Made by a program: the position numbers and the translations under genes
Assembly (NCBI GenBank): GCA_002269645.1
Contig: NIVC01000532.1
Location: forward strand, 391,319 to 455,318
Source of the DNA: Macrostomum lignano
Lineage: Eukaryota
DNA: 64,000 nucleotides
Direction of reading: 5' to 3'
Part shown: one piece after another, positions 24,365 to 37,478 of the stretch
Position numbering within the stretch: the stretch's first letter is position 1
How the letters are laid out: every line of letters starts with the position of its first letter
The notes under the pieces: model-generated
Told to the model about the DNA's origin: nothing
What the model saw: only the letters and a program-made list of their open reading frames with translations
Databases searched by the model: none

Positions 24365-25655
24365 AAGGGCCGGAAAGACGGGGCGGAGAGACGGGGCGGA
24401 AAGACGGGGCGGAGAGACGGGGCGGAAAGACGGGGCGGAAAGACGGGGGCGGAGAGAAGGGCGGAGAGAAGTAGCGGGGAGACGGGGCGGAGAAAAGAGC
24501 GGAGAGAAGGGGCGGAGAGACGGGGCGGAGAGAAGGGCGGAGAGAAGGGCGGAGAGAAGGGGCGGAGAGACGGGGCGGAGAGACGGGGCGGAGAGACGGG
24601 GCGGAGAGAAGGGGCGGAGAGAAGGGCGGAGAGAAGGGGCGGAGAGACGGGGCGGAGAGAAGGGGCGGAGAGAAGGGGCGGAGAGAAGGGCGGAGAGAAG
24701 GGGCGGAGAGACGGGGCGGAGAGAAGGGGCGGAGAGAAGGGGCGGAGAGACGGGGCGGAGAGAAGGGGCGGAGAGAAGGGCGGAGAGAAGGGGCGGAGAG
24801 AAGGGCGGAGAGACGGGGCGGAGAGAGAGGGCGGAGAGAAGGGCGGAGAGAAGGGGCGGAGAGAAGGGCGGAGAGAAGGGCGAGAGAAAGGGCGGAGAGA
24901 CGGGGGCGGAGAGGAGAAGGGGCGGAAAGACGGGGCGGAGAGAAGGGGCGGAGAGACGGGGCGGAGAGACGGGGCGGAGAGAAGGGGCGGAGAGAAGGGG
25001 CGGAGAGAAGGGCGGAGAGAAGGGGCGGAGAGAAGGGCGGAGAGACGGGGCGGAGAGAAGGGGCGGAGAGAAGGGGCGGAGAGAAGGGCGGAGAGAAGGG
25101 GCGGAGAGAAAGGGCGGAGAGACGGGGCGGAGAGAAAGGGCGGAAAGACGGGGGCGGAGAGAAGGGGCGGAAAGACGGGGGCGGAGAGAAGGGCGGAGAG
25201 AAGGGGCGGAGAGAAAGGGCGGAGAGACGGGGCGGAGAGAAAGGGCGGAAAGACGGGGGCGGAGAGGAGAAGGGGCGGAAAGACGGGGGCGGAGAGAAGG
25301 GGCGGAGAGACGGGGCGGAGAGAAAGGGCGGAAAGACGGGGGCGGAGAGGAGAAGGGGCGGAAAGACGGGGGCGGAGAGAAGGGCGGAGAGAAGGGGCGG
25401 AGAGACGGGGCGGAGAGAAAGGGCGGAAAGACGGGGCGGAGAGAAGGGGCGGAGAGACGGGGCGGAGAGGAGAAGGGGCGGAAAGACGGGGGCGGAGAGA
25501 AGGGCGGAGAGAAGGGGCGGAGAGACGGGGCGGAGAGAAAGGGCGGAAAGACGGGGGCGGAGAGGAGAAGGGGCGGAAAGACGGGGGCGGAGAGAAGGGG
25601 CGGAAAGACGGGGCGGAGAGAAGGGGCGGAGAGACGGGGCGGAGAGAAGGGGCGC
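24365..25655. repeat. Purine/G-rich minisatellite (GGGGCGGAGAGAA/GAC variants) in Tbx intron 3
   Basis: About 1.3 kb essentially lacking T on the plus strand, built from 12-14-bp units. Confidence 0.95.
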
Positions 25656-26888
25656 AGAGGAAGGCGCAGCACTCTTTCTTAGCTTTTAACGAGCGCCCAA
25701 TTCAGCGATTGGAAAGAATGCGCGCAGCGGCTGCGGTGAAAGCAAAAATTGTCGAAAAATTCGGATGCATTCGGTGCTAGAGGCGCCTGTGAGGGGTCTT
25801 TTGGAGAAGGCCACTGTGGCCCCCTGCTGCGGTGAGGGAAGAGGATAGAAAGAGGAGAAAATGGGAGAGACTGAAGAGGAACAGGAAGCGAGGATGAGGC
25901 GAGCAGTCAGGTCTGATTAGGCTTGGCAGCAAATTTTTTTCTTTGAAGCCGGGCAGCGGCGGCAGCGGCGGCGGCGGTGGCGGCGGCAGCTCTCCTAAGA
26001 TGAGAGAGCGAGAAGGGGCTTAAGGGGGGTGGGAAGGGAGGTCCCAGTTTTCCTCTCCAACTGGGCGGGGATCGCGCATTCCTCAGTAGCAGCTTGGGGC
26101 AGTTCTGCAGCCAACTGCGGCCGGGTCCCGACCTCTCCTGATGGCCCGTTGCATGCCCGGCTAAATTTACAACTTCCTTCCTGCCTTCGGGCCTGTCGAT
26201 AATTCACGATGGCGGCGCACGGAGGAGGCTCTCGGGGGATGGAGACAGTCTTGGGGGGATGGGGAGGGAGTTGGGGCTTCCGTCAGCTTCCTGTCTGACC
26301 AGTCAAGGCGATGCGGACAATGTCCTCATGTCTGCTGACAGATGGACCAACCGCAGGTGAGGCAGGCGGATTATTCGTTTGGATTTCGCGGAAGAGAAAG
26401 TCAACTGGAATTAATCCGGGCTTAAAGTCTCGAATTCTCCTGAGCTTTCAACCTGCCACTGGATTCGCTCAGTCAGTCACTCTCTCTATAATATTCTCTA
26501 TTTCTTAAAACAATATTTGCTCAACCCTGAGAGAGCTGCCACGGCATGAGCTGACTAGCGCTGCTTCTGGCTACCGCTGCCCCCGACCCAGTCTTGGATC
26601 AACAGTCAGCTTGGCGCCCTCGGGAAACTGTTCTTTTTTGTGCAGACACTTTTCGAACTCACCGCGCTCGTTGTGGCAAGAGAAAAATTGGGCAAATATT
26701 TTCCAATCATGTTGTGGAATTTCTAATTTTTTGGAAGAAGAGGACGGAGAGGTCCATGAAGTCTGCTTGATTCTGCTGCAGGGCATTCGCCCCTCGCTAC
26801 ACATCAACCAGCCAACGAACGCATCAACTCCTTCATAAACGTATATCGCGTTACGGCCAAAATGCCTAAGATTGGGCAGCAGACAGAG

Positions 26889-26919
<31 letters not shown>

Positions 26920-27188
26920 GTGCCTGGCTGTCTGCTTTTTCAGTGGCGCCAGAGGCCAAAGCTGCCGCAGCTGAGGTCTGAGTTTTTCCCTTTACATTTA
27001 AATTTTTTAGGCAAGTTTGTGCAGATTTGTTTGCGGAGCACGGAGTTCAGTTTCATGGGGCGCACAAAGGGTGCCGCCCATGCTTGCAGGGACTGACCTT
27101 GTTAAACTGTCCAGCAACACCATTTTTAATGTGATTTTTTGAACGGATGACCAAGCGGTAGCAGTGAAAAATACAAGTCGAATAAAGT

Positions 27189-27537
27189 GATGAGATCTCA
27201 GATGAGACGTATCGATGAGATCTCAGATGAGACGTATCGATGAGATCTCAGATGAGACGTATCGATGAGATCTCAGATGAGACATATCGATGAGATCTCA
27301 GATGAGACGTATCGATGAGATCTCAGATGAGACGTATCGACGAGATCCAGTTAAGACGCATCTATGAGATCTCAGATAAGACACACCTATGAGATCTCAG
27401 ATAAGACACACCTATGAGATCTCAGATGAGGCGCATCTTTGAAATCTCAAATGAGACGGATCTATGAGATCTCAGATGAGGCGCATCTATCTCTATGAGA
27501 TTTCAACTGAGACGCATCTATAAGATCTCAAATGAGA
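27189..27537. repeat. 25-bp minisatellite (GATGAGATCTCAGATGAGACGTATC)
   Basis: Tandem copies that decay toward the donor of exon 3. Confidence 0.9.
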
Positions 27538-27562
27538 CAATTTTAACATCTGAAACAGTTTA

Positions 27563-27772
<210 letters not shown>

Positions 27773-27796
27773 TTAAGAGGATAAAATGTTTTGTTG

Positions 27797-28020
27797 CTTT
27801 GCTATGCGTTTCTATGAATTGCTATGCGTTGCTATGCGTTGCTATGCGTTGCTATGCGTTGCTATGCGTTGCTATGCGTTGCTATGCGTTGCTATGCGTT
27901 GCTATGCATTTCTATGCGTTGCTATGCGTTGCTATGCGTTGCTATGCGTTGCTATGCGTTGCTATGCGTTGCTATGCATTACTATGCATTTCTATGCGTT
28001 GCTATGCGTTGCTACGCATT
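27797..28020. repeat. 10-bp repeat (GCTATGCGTT) filling Tbx intron 2
   Basis: About 22 tandem copies. Confidence 0.95.
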
Positions 28021-28053
28021 TATTTGAAACTTTATGACATAATTTAAGCTCAC

Positions 28054-28149
28054 CTGCAGTCGTCCATCGGTACAATATCCATCAGCATGATGTACTTGGC
28101 TCGCTTGTCCAGGCCGGACACTTTAGCTTTGAACGGTGGGAACATGCGA
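28054..28149 (-). CDS. Tbx2/3: Tbx2/3, exon 2 (T-box)
   Basis: [32 protein letters not shown]. Acceptor tttcag at 28150, donor GTGAGC at 28053. Confidence 0.95.
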
Positions 28150-29243
28150 CTGAAATATCGGGTGAGGTCAAATGAATTGAAGATTGATTGCTTCAGATCT
28201 GCTTGATTGACGTTTGAACTCGAATTTGAAAATAGCCAAATAGGAAAATGACATGAGAGCATTGTTTAGTTTAACGATTGATCCGAGGGTATAACTGAGA
28301 CGGTCTTGACAAAATATACAAATTTGATTACTAATGGCACATGAGTGCCTGTTTAAAAAAATGGCATCCAACAATGATACTCAGTGAGCTCAGTCTCACC
28401 CCAAAAGCATTCAGATTGCTAACACAACAGAATCTGCAGTGGCGGTGAGATGAACACTCAGATAAATTCTCTCCTATACCAGTAAAAATTGGCTTTTAAA
28501 CACGGTGTGGCTGCAGCATCTGCAGCTGAGAGGATATCTACTCCATCATGTTGGTAGCGTCAAGTCTCTCTCTCAAGTCACCTACCAATGCTGTGACGAT
28601 GGTTATAAAAGATAGTAACGCTTGTCGTTACTAAAATCGTTGAAAAAATCTATAAGAACTGTGCAGGCGTGTCACACCGCATGCAGGAATTCAATATTGA
28701 TAAGATGGAGTCTGCAGGGAATCGCTCTGGCTATAAGGTTGCCATGCCAGACGAAAATGTTAGAGATTTTTGCTAACGGACAGAACAACCATGCAGCAAT
28801 AAACATCCCCTTGACGGCTTCTGGCCAAGCGCCGGAAAAATACCTCCCCCCTTCCCCGAGTTTAATGACCTCCCCTTGGCGTCGCTGGCAGGTCGCGCCG
28901 AAGTATTTAGGATTAGGGGGGATCTGATAAGGTGGAGACAAGTGAGAACCAGGTAGATTAGAAGTGTGGAGATAAAAAGACCGCTTGGGGGACCAGAGGG
29001 CCACCGGATTCCTGCATTTGCCCTGTTGCGCAGTAAATAAAACTGATAGGGAGACAAGCAGGCGCCAAAATGCGCTGCATATCTAGACAGTGGCGGCGAC
29101 TGTGGAAGCCTGACCCACTTTATAAAGGCCTGGGGACCGCATCAATGAAAACTGTTCTTCATATATGTTAATGACCCAATAAACTAGAAATATGCAGAAT
29201 TATTGCAATTCCAATGCAGCTTTTCTGAAAAATCTAATGTAGC

Positions 29244-29540
29244 TCTTCTAATGAAACCCTAATGCAGCTCTTCTAATGAAACCCTAATGCATCTCTTCTA
29301 ATGAAACCCTAATGCAGCTCTTCTAATGAAACCCTAATGTAGCTCTTCTAATGAAACCCTAATGCAGCTCTTCTAATGAAACCCTAATGCAGCTCTTCTA
29401 ATGAAACCCTAATGCAGCTCTTCGAATGAAACCCTAATGCAGCTCTTCTAATGAAACCCTAATGCAGCTCTTCTAATGAAACCCAAATGCAGCTCTTCTA
29501 ATGAACCCCTAGTGCAGCTCTTCTAATGAAACCCTAATGA
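29244..29540. repeat. 25-bp minisatellite (AATGAAACCCTAATGCAGCTCTTCT) in Tbx intron 1
   Basis: About 12 copies, most containing CCCTAA. Confidence 0.93.
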
Positions 29541-29659
29541 TGTCCCACTGAAATTCTAATCGTGCTCAATTGAACTTCTAATGCAATTCTAATGTATTTT
29601 AAGCCATAAACGCCCAAGATAAGGCAGAAGCGATAGCACGACAGAACGAGTTCACCAAC

Positions 29660-30057
29660 CGGCCACTCTTAGTGATGACCATCTCCGTGCCAAATCCGTG
29701 AAACTGATGCCACAGATCCCTCTCGATCAGTTCAACCTTCGGGTCGTCTTTGAAATCAGTGTCGGCAGGCTGCGACGGTTGCTGGTTCGACTGAGAAGCC
29801 GCCGACGTATGATGCTGGGACGACGGCAGCAGGCCCGGTGGCAGCGGCGGTGGCGGCAGAGGCGGCGGCTGCTGTCCAGCGTGAGTCTGGCTGGCGAAAG
29901 CGGCTGCCAGTGCAGCGGAAAAATTCAAAGCATGAGCAGCGGCGGCAGCCTTGCTGGAGCCAAGATGAAGCTGGTGATGCTGCTGCTGCTGCTGCTGCTG
30001 CTCGTCAGAAGCTGACGAACTTGCAGCAGGCAGAGCGGCGAACGGACTGAATGCCAT
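29660..30057 (-). CDS. Tbx2/3: Tbx2/3, exon 1
   Basis: MAFSPF (cf. Tbx2/3 MAYHPF)...[30 protein letters not shown]. Donor GTTGGT at 29659. The five exons total 1968 nt (655 aa plus stop). Confidence 0.93.
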
Positions 30058-30739
30058 TCGAAATTTCTATCGCTAATTGCGAGTAAGTTCGATTATTTTT
30101 CAATTTTCAAAGCAAATTGCGGCAAAGTTTCTGGCATGCCTGTTCTTATCGTTACTTTCAATTTTTGAACCGCGCCGGGGCCCCAGCCAGTCTCCCAACC
30201 CCCCCCCTCCCCCCAGGTGGCGGCAGGGAGGCGTCAACCACTCAGGTTGCTTCTCCTGCGCTCCTCCTCTCCTCCCTCGCGAAACGTGACAGGCTGACGC
30301 CACCCCCAATGGCATCGCTCGGGGATTCGTCAAGGCAATATGAATCCCTCCCCACCTCAGATGCCCACCAAAGGGATATTAGTTTAGCCATCTCTTCTCA
30401 CCATGGACTACTAACATTAAATAAGCGCAGTCTGGAATGAAAACAGCAACAACATTTTTTGATGCATTGGTGGATTCAATAGAGTCTCGATGTGTAGTTC
30501 ACAAAGATGGCCCTTTACCTGTGATTTACAATGCCTTGCGTTAGACTTCAGACACTCACTTAGACATGATTCACAATCTCCCAGACATTATTCACACTCG
30601 ATCACGCGTGATTTACACTTTTTTTAGACATGATTCACACTCCTCCAGACATGATTTATATTCTCTCAGGCATGATTCACTCACTTTAGCATAATTCACA
30701 CTCCCGTAACGCGTGATTCAAACATGATTCACGCTCGTT

Positions 30740-31481
30740 CACAAGTCTCACCTGAGCTTCACTCTTCCTTAGGCGTGATTCACAAACCTCACCTGAGCTT
30801 CACTCTTCCTCAGGCGTGATTCACTAGTCTCACCTGAGCTTCACTCTTCCTTAGGCGTGATTCACAAACCTCACCTGAGCTTCACTCTTCCTTAGGCGTG
30901 ATTCACAAACCTCACCTGAGCTTCACTCTTCCTTAGGCGTGATTCACAAACCTCACCTGAGCTTCACTCTTCCTCAGGCGTGATTCACAAACCTCACCTG
31001 AGCTTCACTCTTCCTTAGGCGTGATTCACAAACCTCACCTGAGCTTCATTCTTCCTCAGGCGTGATTCACAAACCTCACCTGAGCTTCATTCTTCCTCAG
31101 GCGTGATTCACAAACCTCACCTGAGCTTCACTCTTCCTCAGGCGTGATTCACAAACCTCACCTGAGCTTCACTCTTCCTCAGGCGTGATTTACAAACCTC
31201 ACCTGAGCTTCACTCTTCCTCAGGCGTGATTCACAAACCTCACCTGAGCTTCACTCTTCCTTAGGCGTGATTCACAAACCTCACCTGAGCTTCATTCTTC
31301 CTCAGGCGTGATTCACAAACCTCACCTGAGCTTCATTCTTCCTCAGGCGTGATTCACAAACCTCACCTGAGCTTCACTCTTCCTCAGGCGTGATTCACAA
31401 ACCTCACCTGAGCTTCACTCTTCCTCAGGTGTGATTCACAAACCTCACCTGAGCTTCACTCTTCCTCAGGCGTGATTCACA
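30740..31481. repeat. 41-bp minisatellite (GTGATTCACAAACCTCACCTGAGCTTCACTCTTCCTCAGGC) upstream of the Tbx ATG
   Basis: About 18 copies with period 41. Confidence 0.95.
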
Positions 31482-31799
31482 GCGCCTCGCCTGACAGTCA
31501 CAAACCGAGTTATTCCCATCCCACTCTCTCTGCACCTGTGCTTCACACCGCCTTGCCTTCACTTTAACAGCAGTGTGAAAATTCATCACACGAGCACAGA
31601 AAGCTCTCTTGACCGCTGCACCAGCAATTATGTCTCGACTTCGCTCCATTTTCGAGCCCCTCCGAACCTCCTATGTATCCTCTTCTGCAATGCTCCATGC
31701 TTCATTTCGAGCCCTATTGCAGCCAAGGTCTGAACCGCGCCGGACGCCCCCCTTTCCTGCGCCAGACATCTACCCGTACCGCGCCAGGGCCAGTCCCCA

Positions 31800-32250
31800 G
31801 GATCAGTGATTTGGTTCAATTAGTCAGTCCTCCCCTCCCGCACCCCTCTCCCATGCCCCGCGCCACGCCGCCGCCACACGCCACGCCACCGCGCGCCGCC
31901 GCCACGCGCCGCGCCGCCGCTGCGCGCCGCGCCGCCGCCGCGCGCTGCGCCGCCGCCAGGCCAATCCGCGCCGGACGCCGTCCACGAAAATGGCCATTGG
32001 CTGCAATAGGGATTTCGAGTGCCAAGTCTTTTCTCCCTTCTCTGAAACAGAGATATCGCTTTCCCTCGCGTCCCCCGAGTGATTCGATATCCTTGTGGAG
32101 AACAAAAGACCCCCTTATTCCCGTTCCCGTCAGCTCTGTCGGAGGCGCCTTTTGTCTCTTTTTCTCGGCGAGAAATTCTCTCTTTGGATTGCCTCGCCTC
32201 CGACTCGCGACTTGTCGCTTCGCCTCGCGCCAGACTGATACAATTAAACC
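31800..32250. promoter_or_regulatory. CpG-rich promoter-like island (candidate Tbx2/3 promoter)
   Basis: Very GC/CpG-rich stretch 31850-31980, CCAAT at 31961, ATTGG at 31996 and YY1-like AAAATGGC at 31987, about 1.9 kb upstream of the Tbx ATG. Confidence 0.45.
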
Positions 32251-32355
32251 AACTGCAAGCGGCGATCGAGTGTCAGGAGGGACATTTGCTTAGTTAGTTA
32301 TCTTAATCCATTGGCGAATTGGCATTGATTTTTTCGATTGATCTTTTTGTGAGAA

Positions 32356-34511
32356 TGCCATGGGTGTCACTCTGTGTGCCATGGGTGTCACTCTGTGTGC
32401 CATGGGTGTCACTCTGGGTGCCATGGGTGTCACTCTGTGTGCCATGGGTGTCACTCTGTGTGCCATGGGTGTCACTCTGGGTGCCATGGGTGTCACTCTG
32501 TGTGCCATGGGTGTCACTCTGTGTGCCATGGGTGTCACTCTGTGTCATGGGTGTCACTCTGTGTGCCATGGGTGTCACTCTGTGTCATGGGTGTCACTCT
32601 GTGTGCCATGGGTGTCACTCTGTGTGCCATGGGTGTCACTCTGTGTGCCATGGGTGTCACTCTGTGTGCCATGGGTGTCACTCTGTGTGCCATGGGTGTC
32701 ACTCTGTGTGCCATGGGTGTCACTCTGTGTGCCATGGGTGTCACTCTGTGTCATGGGTGTCACTGTTGCATGGGTGTCACTCTGTGTGCCATGGGTGTCA
32801 CTCTGTGTCATGGGTGTCACTCTGTGTCATGGGTGTCACTTTGTGTGCCATGGGTGTCGTCACTCTGTGTCATGGGTGTCACTCTGTGCCATGAGGTGTC
32901 ACTCTGTGCCGGCCGTGTATATCACTCTGTGCCATTTGGTATCACTCTGTCATTTGGTGTGACTCTATGCCATTTGTTGTCACTCTGTGCCATTTGGTAT
33001 CACTCTGTCATTTGGTGTGACTCTGTGCCATTTGTTGTCACTCTGTGCCATTTGGTATCACTCTGTGCCATTTGGTGTCACTCTGTGCCATTTGGTGTGA
33101 CTCTGTGCCATTTGGTATCACTCTGCCATTTGGTGTGACTCTGTGCCACTTGGTGTGACTCTGTGCCATTTGGTGTCAGTCTGTGCCATTTGGTATCACT
33201 CTGTGCCATTTGGTGTGACTCTGTGCCATTAGGTGTGACTCTGTGCCATTTGGTATCACTCTGTGCCATTTGGTATCACTCTGTGCCATTTGGTGTGACT
33301 CTGTGCCATTTGGTATCACTCTGTGCCATTTGGTGTGACTCTGTGCCATTTGGTATCACTCTGTGCCATTTGGTGTGACTCTGTGTCATTTGGTGTGACT
33401 CTGTGCCATTTGGTGTCAGTCTGTGCCATTTGGTATCACTCTGTGCCATTTGGTGTGACTCTGTGCCATTAGGTGTGACTCTGTGCCATTTGGTATCACT
33501 CTGTGCCATTTGATGTGACTCTGTGCCATTTGGTGTGACTCTGTGCCATTTGGTGTGACTCTGTGCCATTTGGTATCACTCTGTGCCATTTAGTGTGACT
33601 CTGTGCCATTTGGTATCACTCTGTGCCATTTGGTGTGACTCTGTGCCATTTGGTGTGACTCTGTGCCATTTGCTATCACTCTTTGCCATTTGGTATCACT
33701 CTGTGCCATGAGGTGTCACTCTGTGCCATTTGGTGTCAGTCTATACCATTTGGTATCACTCTGTGCCATTTGGTGTGACTCTGTGCCATTTGGTGTGACT
33801 CTGTGCCATTTGTTGTCACTCTGTGCCATTTGGTATCACTCTGTGCCATTTGGTGTCACTCTGTGCCATTTGGTGTGACTCTGTGCCATTTGGTATCACT
33901 CTGCCATTTGGTGTGACTCTGTGCCACTTGGTGTGACTCTGTGCCATTTGGTGTCAGTCTGTGCCATTTGGTATCACTCTGTGCCATTTGGTGTGACTCT
34001 GTGCCATTAGGTGTGACTCTGTGCCATTTGGTATCACTCTGTGCCATTTGGTGTGACTCTGTGCCATTTGGTATCACTCTGTGCCATTTGGTGTGACTCT
34101 GTGCCATTTGGTATCACTCTGTGCCATTTGGTGTGACTCTGTGTCATTTGGTGTGACTCTGTGCCATTTGGTGTCAGTCTGTGCCATTTGGTATCACTCT
34201 GTGCCATTTGGTGTGACTCTGTGCCATTTGGTATCACTCTGTGCCATTTGGTGTGACTCTGTGCCATTTGGTATCACTCTGTGCCATTTAGTGTGACTCT
34301 GTGCCATTTGGTATCACTCTGTGCCATTTGGTGTGACTCTGTGCCATTTGGTGTGACTCTGTGCCATTTGCTATCACTCTTTGCCATTTGGTATCACTCT
34401 GTGCCATGAGGTGTCACTCTGTGCCATTTGGTGTCAGTCTATGCCATTTGGTATCACTCTGTGCCATTTGGTGTGACTCTGTGCCATTTGGTGTGACTCT
34501 GTGCCATTTGG
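32356..34511. repeat. Two-part 21/20-bp minisatellite (GCCATGGGTGTCACTCTGTGT, then GCCATTTGGTGTGACTCTGT)
   Basis: About 105 tandem copies. The unit type switches near 32900-32930. Confidence 0.96.
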
Positions 34512-35019
34512 CATTAATCAATTAATCATTAATCACTCATGAGGTGAGTAAAATATAGAACTAAAAATCCAATATCAGCGCTACAAATTAAAGCTGACAA
34601 AGGGACGCCGTGTTCCATGCAGAATGAATTGGTATGGACATGCAAAAGCAAGTGGCACATTATGCCTTTTTCTATAGCTTGCCCCATAAATGCTTTTCTT
34701 TCTATCCATTACTGGTCGACCACATAATGCAAAGGTTATTAGAAGGGACAGTTGACTTAAACTTGGTGCGCCGGCATTCTTGCGCCTTGCGTAAGAAAGC
34801 AAGACTGGCTCTACAGAGCGACTTAAGTGTGCTGTTACGCAGTCCATTGCAGCGAAAGAATTTACAATGGCTGCCGACAACTATGCCAATGCTATATTAT
34901 AGCGACCTCCCAGTGCATGCGACCAGATCTGTGTCGCTTTGAAAGGCCAGTAAATGGTTAAGTGCAGCAGATGATTGCCTATTGGCATTTCGATGCTCAA
35001 TGAGGATATTATATAGCGT

Positions 35020-35380
35020 TAGAATATTACGGACGATTAATTAGGATATTATTAGGGACGATTAGGATATTATATTAGGGGCGATTAAGATGCTATTAGG
35101 GACGATTAGGAATTAGGATACTATTAGGGACGATAAGACACCATTGGGGACGATTAGGATACTATTAAGGACGATTAGGATACTACTAGGGACGATTAGG
35201 ATATTATTAGGGACGATTAGGATACTACTAGGGACGATTAGGATACTACTAGGGACGATTAGGATACTACTAGGGACGATTAGGATATTATTAGGGACGA
35301 TTAGGATACTACTAGGGACGATTAGGATATTATTAGGGACGATGAAGACACCATTAGGGACGATTAGGATATTAGGGACA
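35020..35380. repeat. ~21-bp minisatellite (TAGGGACGATTAGGATACTAC)
   Basis: Tandem copies downstream of the PHB2 stop. Confidence 0.9.
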
Positions 35381-35847
35381 ACTAAGTGGGTAATTAGCAC
35401 ATTATGGGAAGACATCAGCTAATTTATAGACACCCAGGGACATTGAGCAATATAGTCAAAACTAAACAACGCAGAAGCATGACTAATGAGATTTCAGATC
35501 AAGCACTTTCCTTGAAATGAATGCAACATGGCGTAACAAAAGGTGGACTCGGAACACCGATGGTTAGACACAAATTTTATTTTAATAAGTAGTGATTTAT
35601 ATTAACCGGCAAAAACAGACAATAGTAAGCCTGTAAAATATTTTATAAATTAACAGGTAGCTAAAGGCCTAAACAATATGCTACTCATAGTGTAACCCGC
35701 ATACATTTCAATGAAACGCTACAGAAAATAAACTAGCAAATTTAGTCTACTGATAGTAGTAGCCAAGATAGACTTTTAACGTATTTTTGTTTTAACGACA
35801 AAAAAAGCAAATTTAACAAAAACCTATTTATTCCTCGAGATGGTCAA

Positions 35848-36315
35848 TTAACAAACGTACCGAAGAAATGAAAAAATCAATCCATCATTTTTTAAACGAC
35901 GCTTTTTAACGCCGGTTTCTACTCGCTCGTCAAACGCCGGATCCTGCAGATTCATCATCAGAGCGCTGCCGTCAAGATAGGCCCGATTCTGCGATTGGGC
36001 AAGCGTCCTAGCAATGCCTTGGGCCGCTTTAATCTTGCGCAACTTCAAATAGCCCGGATTGAGGCTGACAGCTTCGCCAATAAGCCTGGCAGCTTCGGCT
36101 TCGCCTTCAGCTTGCACCACCTTCTGCTGGCGCTCCTGCCTGGCCCGTTCAACGTAGAATTGGGCGCGCTGAGCCTCCTGCTGGGCGATCTGCTTGGCCT
36201 CAACAGCGGCCGCGTACACCTGCGAGAATGACAGATCCGTGATGGACACGTCGTCCACAATGACGTTAAAATCGCGAGCCCGTTCCATTAAGTTCTTGCG
36301 GATTAGCAGCGATAC
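35848..36315 (-). CDS. PHB2: Prohibitin-2, exon 4 (last)
   Basis: [16 protein letters not shown]...[17 protein letters not shown]...[14 protein letters not shown]. Acceptor aacag at 36316. Confidence 0.93.
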   Translation of the reverse strand, partial: VSLLIRKNLMERARDFNVIVDDVSITDLSFSQVYAAAVEAKQIAQQEAQRAQFYVERARQERQQKVVQAEGEAEAARLIGEAVSLNPGYLKLRKIKAAQGIARTLAQSQNRAYLDGSALMMNLQDPAFDERVETGVKKRRLKNDGLIFSFLRYVC

Positions 36316-36635
36316 CTGTTAGTTTGAAACAAGTTTAGATTAACGATATGTATCGAAAGCAAATATAACAGTAAGTAAAACTATATATTATACACCATAT
36401 TCAGATAGAATCGTCTACTTTGCAGCAAAGAAGCTGAGCTTTCCGATTTAAACCAAAACCAGTGTCTGGTAGTTGAAACCAACCATCCAAATCCAGGTAA
36501 ACCTACCCATAATACTCAGGTAAACCTACCCACAATTTCCAGATAAACCCATTTACTATTTGGATAGCCGATAGGAGCCGATTAGAAAATAAAGTAATTA
36601 ACAGCAAATAATGGAAAATAAACCCATTAACTTAC

Positions 36636-36900
36636 CTGCGATCGCTGAGTAATCAGCTGACTGGCATTGAATTTGGCCACAACCGCTTTCAGCACTTCGT
36701 TAACAATGCTGGGCAGGACGCGTTCGTCATAGTTCGGGCCCAGTCTGCGGTACAAATTCTGCAGATCAGATGCGTCGGGTCGGCACAGAACTCGCAGTGT
36801 GATATTGACAGTCTGCAGGTCTTTGCTGCCAGTTGGGCTGCTGATCTGGCGCGGCTTCGAGCGGATGTCGTAAATGATGGGCCGATGCAGCCAGGGGATG
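36636..36900 (-). CDS. PHB2: Prohibitin-2, exon 3
   Basis: [38 protein letters not shown]...[28 protein letters not shown] (SPFH domain, PHB2 type). Acceptor at 36901, donor GTAAG at 36635. Confidence 0.95.
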
Positions 36901-36921
36901 CTGGTGGTGGGAAGAGTTGTA

Positions 36922-37435
36922 GCAACTGAGGATTTGAGAGGCTGGCCCAGCGACTGAGGATTTGAGAGGCTGGCCCAGCGATTGAGAATTTGAGAGGCTG
37001 GCCCAGCGACTGAGGATTTGAGAAGCTGGCCCAGCGACTGAGCATCTGGGAGGCTGGCCCAGCGATTGAGGATCTGGGAGGCTAGCACAGCGACTGACAC
37101 TGGAGGGCTGGCCCAGCAACTGAGGATCTGGGAAGCTGGCCCAGCTACTGAGGATCTGGGAGGCTGGCCTAGCAACTGAGGATCTGGAGGCTGGCTGCCC
37201 AGCAACTGAGGATCTGGGAGGCTGGCTGCCCAGCAACTGAGGATCTGGGAGGCTGGCCCAGCAACTGAGGATCTGGGAGGCTGGCCCAGCAACTGAGGAT
37301 CTGGGAGGCTGGCCCAGCAACTGAGGATCTGAGAGACTGACCCAGCAACTGAGGATCTGAGAGACTGACCCAGCAACTGAGGATCTGGGGGGGGGGCTGG
37401 CCCAGCAACTGCGGATCTGGGAGGCTGGCCCAGCA
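36922..37435. repeat. 28-bp minisatellite (GCTGGCCCAGCAACTGAGGATCTGGGAG) filling PHB2 intron 2
   Basis: About 18 tandem copies. Confidence 0.93.
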
Positions 37436-37478
37436 ACGGAGGATCATAAGAAGGTACTAATTAAATTAAATGCCTCAC

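Noticed and set aside
24312-25682. 456-aa RRGGEKG ORF and 447-aa antisense ORF
   Set aside because: Purine-rich minisatellite inside Tbx intron 3. A strand lacking T cannot contain stops.
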